Of a stretch of DNA of 64,000 bases, positions 61,846 through 64,000 are shown piece after piece. The stretch comes from Chiloscyllium plagiosum (taxonomy: Eukaryota), in contig NC_057721.1 of NCBI RefSeq assembly GCF_004010195.1, positions 43,702,163-43,766,162 on the forward strand, read 5' to 3'. The notes beneath the pieces were generated by a model. That model ran no database searches, was not told the DNA's origin, and saw only the letters and a program-made list of their open reading frames with translations. Both the position numbers and the translations under genes were made by a program. Within the stretch, counting starts at the first letter, position 1. Each line of letters starts with the position of its first letter.

Positions 61846-63304
61846 TTTCTTTGCACTTTGTGTAAAGTTGCACTCTGTGAGCAGGAAGAGTGCAAGATAA
61901 CTGCATTGGTACCATCTGAACATTGTCTGACTCAATGGAATTGCAAATTGATGTGATATATAAATTTCAATGTCATTGCACTGAGTGCAATTTAAATGCA
62001 ATTTTAATGTAAGGATGCAAGTCTCCTATTGATCTGGCATTGTAACAAATTGTTGCAACTCTGCTGTAAGCACTGGATATTAGCATGATTCTGGTAAAGG
62101 CGTGGAATTGGAATTGGCACCGATAGAGGTTTGAACAAATATCACCCTTAGATTGGTGCTAGATTGGTCTTGTAACTGTTCTGGTACTGTCATCATGTTT
62201 GTCCAGCAGATACTGTCTGTGTATGATACTGGGCTTGCATTCTGATAGTCTTGCTATTTTGGATGGTCATGCCCCAGAGCTACAACATTCCTGTCCAGTA
62301 TGACATGAAAAAACAAAAGAGTCTAAGCATGATTGGAATACACAATATAAAGCAGATCTTAGTAATATTTGTCATCACAATAAATCATAGGAAATTAAAT
62401 CCTAAATGAGTAGACATTTGCTGGTTTCTAGGCAAAAATAAATTAAGTGTTTTAAAAACTTATTTCTTTAGAATGACTTTGCACAAATTACAAGCAATTC
62501 AGAATAGTTACTATAAACCAGGAGCAAAATGCAAAGCTGTTGTCCCATAATGTACAATTTAATTGGAAATCACGTAACTCCGATTTCAGTCTAGGATGTC
62601 TAAATCATAAACTAATCTGTTCTACATTATGTTAACTGGATATCTAAATGGTTCTTTCTCAGAATTGTTTTAGTAAATTGTACAAAGCTATTTCTTTCTT
62701 TCAATTTGGTTTGTCTTAGATAATTAAAATTATTAAATTTGAAATTTTCCATGTTAAAGAACTACACTTGTTCAGTTGTTCTATGTATAACAATACTAGG
62801 GAAGATGTAAAACCTTTAGAAGATTTAAGTTAAGTGAATCATTCCCACATTAGCAACATTTCCAGAATGGTCAATAAGATGTCCAGCTTGTTTTTCATAA
62901 TTTTATATTAATTGATTTTGTCACTGCATTTTCTTCAAAGCTGTTTATACCCCAAAAGATTTGTTACACATTGGAGACTAGTGCCAGCTTTTTTATTTGT
63001 CAAATTTCATATCACTGTGCAAATCTGTTTGCCAAGGTTGAAGAAACAAAGACGGGAGAACATTTTCATTAGCCCTTCTACTCATGTCAAACCACCTTGT
63101 AGGCTGTGCGTTGTTTATCAAGAAATCACAGCTGCACTGTCCTTTACTGTACATTGATCAAATGCTACTAAACAAAGTACTGGGAATACATATGAGAAAT
63201 CAAACTATAAAAATCAACATTTGAAGGAAAATGATAACTGTCTCCTGTTCTGCCAAAATGTCATTCTTGAAATAAGCTTAGTCCTTCTTCTTTAGTGGGA
63301 TATA

Positions 63305-63480
63305 GTAGGACTGCAGATGCTAGAAAGTCAGTCGAAAAGTGTGGTGCTGTAAAAGCACAGCAGGTCAGGCAGCATCCGAGGAGTAGAAGAACTGACATTA
63401 TTCCTGATGAAGGGCTTATGCCCGAAACGTCAACTCTCGTGCTCCTGCTGTGCTTTTCCAGTGCAACACTTTCTGACTCT
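63305..63480. mobile_element. Palindromic Penelope-terminus derivative with a hammerhead core at 63404-63431
   Basis: Inverted arms gaaaagtgtggtgctgtaaaagcacagcagg / cctgctgtgcttttccagtgcaacactttc; CTGATGA-a-gggc ttat gccc-GAAAC-GTC. Confidence 0.82.
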
Positions 63481-64000
63481 TTTTTTTATTGGTGTATCAA
63501 ATTGAGATACTTTTTACTTGCACTTTTTTCAGATTTTGCACAGTCCAAAACTGTAATTTATATGAAACATGGATTTCAAATTTCTGCTAGGTTTTCTTCA
63601 TTTGTTAACATATGTATCACAGAAAATTATGGGCTACAGAGTTACAATTGTCCTAAAAATCCTTAAAAACATGGGAAGCAATTGACAAGGAATATATAGA
63701 GCTAAATCAGAGGGATCCCTAATGTTAGCTAGAATCAGAAAACTAAAGTAGTTAAACATGATAAACATCAGTAGTGTGAAATTAAATTACTTCCTTAGGC
63801 TTATTCTGTGTTATTTGATTTTCTATGTTATACATTCTGCAATATAGGGTGACATCTATTTCCAGCATTACTTTTACATGAATTGATCACTGAGCACCAT
63901 TTAACTTCTTGTTGTGGATAAGAGATGGAAAAATTCATTTGCTCCACTTTTTAAAAAAAATGCCTATTATCTTAACAGATTATCGATGGTAGAGTGTAAA

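Noticed and set aside
63533-63666. Acceptor and open frame as the gene B IgC2 exon
   Set aside because: The translation lacks the P..C..C..C.N.VS pattern; the C2 exon must lie beyond the window.

Overview
This is repeat-rich vertebrate DNA, most likely from a cartilaginous fish: it carries HE1-type SINEs, HER1/CR1 LINEs and shark-type Penelope and Harbinger relics. The only host genes I can support are two tandem, same-strand (+) CD2-family immunoglobulin-superfamily genes, whose exons I assembled by hand from splice signals. Gene A is complete: leader 16123-16183, IgV 16292-16612, IgC2 19062-19325, transmembrane exon from 35684, and a probable last exon from 36359. As assembled it encodes a 252-aa type I membrane protein with almost no cytoplasmic tail. 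Gene B has its leader (59820-59880) and IgV (61088-61402) exons here and continues past the window end; its V domain keeps the CD2 adhesion-face motifs better than gene A does. The rest is nested transposon debris (CR1, a second CR1-group LINE, RTE, Rex1, L2, Penelope elements with hammerhead-ribozyme motifs, Harbinger, Tc1/mariner MITEs, solo LTRs, SINEs) plus one 261-N gap. Repeat boundaries are approximate and family names come from motif recognition by eye, not database searches.
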